64,000 nt of DNA. Origin: the human T2T-CHM13v2.0 reference genome, Homo sapiens. Both the position numbers and the translations under genes were made by a program. The stretch lies in the NCBI RefSeq assembly GCF_009914755.1, contig NC_060930.1; one strand, given 5' to 3'. The notes beneath the pieces are model-generated. The model did no database searches, had not been told where the DNA came from, and worked only from the letters and a program-made list of their open reading frames with translations. Shown in pieces: positions 62,540 through 64,000 of this stretch (positions are counted from its first letter, which is position 1; every line of letters begins with the position of its first letter).

Positions 62540-63259
62540 AGGGTAGGCTAAGATCAATTTTTGATCAATATATTGGGTTACTCTGCAGATGGTGGTACTG
62601 TTAACTAAAACAAGAAGTACTGGACAAGAAAGTTTTTGAGAAGCATGATCATTTCTGTTTTGTATATTTTAAGTTTGAGGCTCCTGTCTAACATTTAAGT
62701 GGCCATATATAGTAAATAAGAAGATAAATGGATTTGGATAATTGTAAAGATGTCTGAGCTAGAAATTATGATTTTAGAGTCAGCAGTTTATAGTGCAAGG
62801 TATTCTTTTTGGGTACAAAATAAAATTGAAATTCTATTTATATTTTTATCTTATTTTAATTTCTACTTCTGCATGTTTTACAATGCAAATACTGTGTTAT
62901 TCTAATAGGCATGCATAATGCATTACACAAATATTTATTATATAAGCCTTCTCAAAAATATTTTTTCAGAGGGCTTGAGATCAAAATATTTGGAAAACTT
63001 TACATCTTTCATGAAGCCTATTTAAGTAACAAATGTAGAAGAGCAAGAATTGAGTCCTGTGTAACATCAACATTTAATAAAAGAGTAAAGAAGGAAGATT
63101 TTAGCCAGGAATATGAGAAGAGGTGATACAAATAGGAAAAAGACCAGAAAAGAAAATTGTCACTGAATTTTAGAAACCAAAAATGAGGGATGGTTAGGAA
63201 TTCCCTATATTTTATTCTCAATCAACAACCAAAGAGATCCTATTAAAACCCAAGTTATA

Positions 63260-63663
<404 letters not shown>

Positions 63664-64000
63664 TCATTACTTTACTGAACATATCTTATACGACCTGAAC
63701 CATCACTTACTCGGCTCCACCTGTGCCTTGAAACCACCAGGTATAAGCTCCACAAAGTCCTTTTTATTTGCTGTTTTTACAGCCTGAGATGCTTTCCTCC
63801 AGATACCTGCATAGCTTACTCTTACTCAAATATCACTTTCTCAATGAAGTTTTTTTGACTAGCCAATTTTATATTGTACTCTACCACCACTCAGAGTGCC
63901 CAATGCCTTTTCTTTTGCATTTATTCCTCAGTACTTATCACCATCTATAATACCACTTATGTTTACCATTATGGGTTTTTTAAATTTTTTCTTTTTTTGA

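Overview
A 64 kb AT-rich primate (very probably human) genomic segment from inside the neuronal gene RIMS1, transcribed on the + strand. Only two coding pieces are visible. The first is a 214-nt exon (251-464) encoding most of the RIM1 zinc finger. The second is a 12-nt microexon (3276-3287, EDKV) that the ORF track misses. The remaining ~60.7 kb is one long intron filled with transposable elements: a 5'-truncated L1PA, a 5'-inverted sense L1PB-type element split by a full-length antisense L1PA (itself carrying an AluY), a MER11 solo LTR, a deleted MER52-type ERV1 provirus, MST/MLT1/MER51 LTRs, Alus, MIR, L2, MER58 and an AT-rich VNTR. All other long ORFs are L1, Alu or low-complexity artefacts. 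I see no evidence of a new autonomous gene system. The best leads are: (i) an orphan L1 5'UTR with an open ORF0 in the RIMS1 sense direction and phase-0 donors compatible with the next RIMS1 exon; (ii) apparent gene conversion between two L1 copies 11 kb apart; (iii) a three-copy templated insertion; (iv) an Alu-dated inverted duplication; (v) the microexon with its regulatory context. Repeat subfamily names are from recalled consensus features, not a database search.
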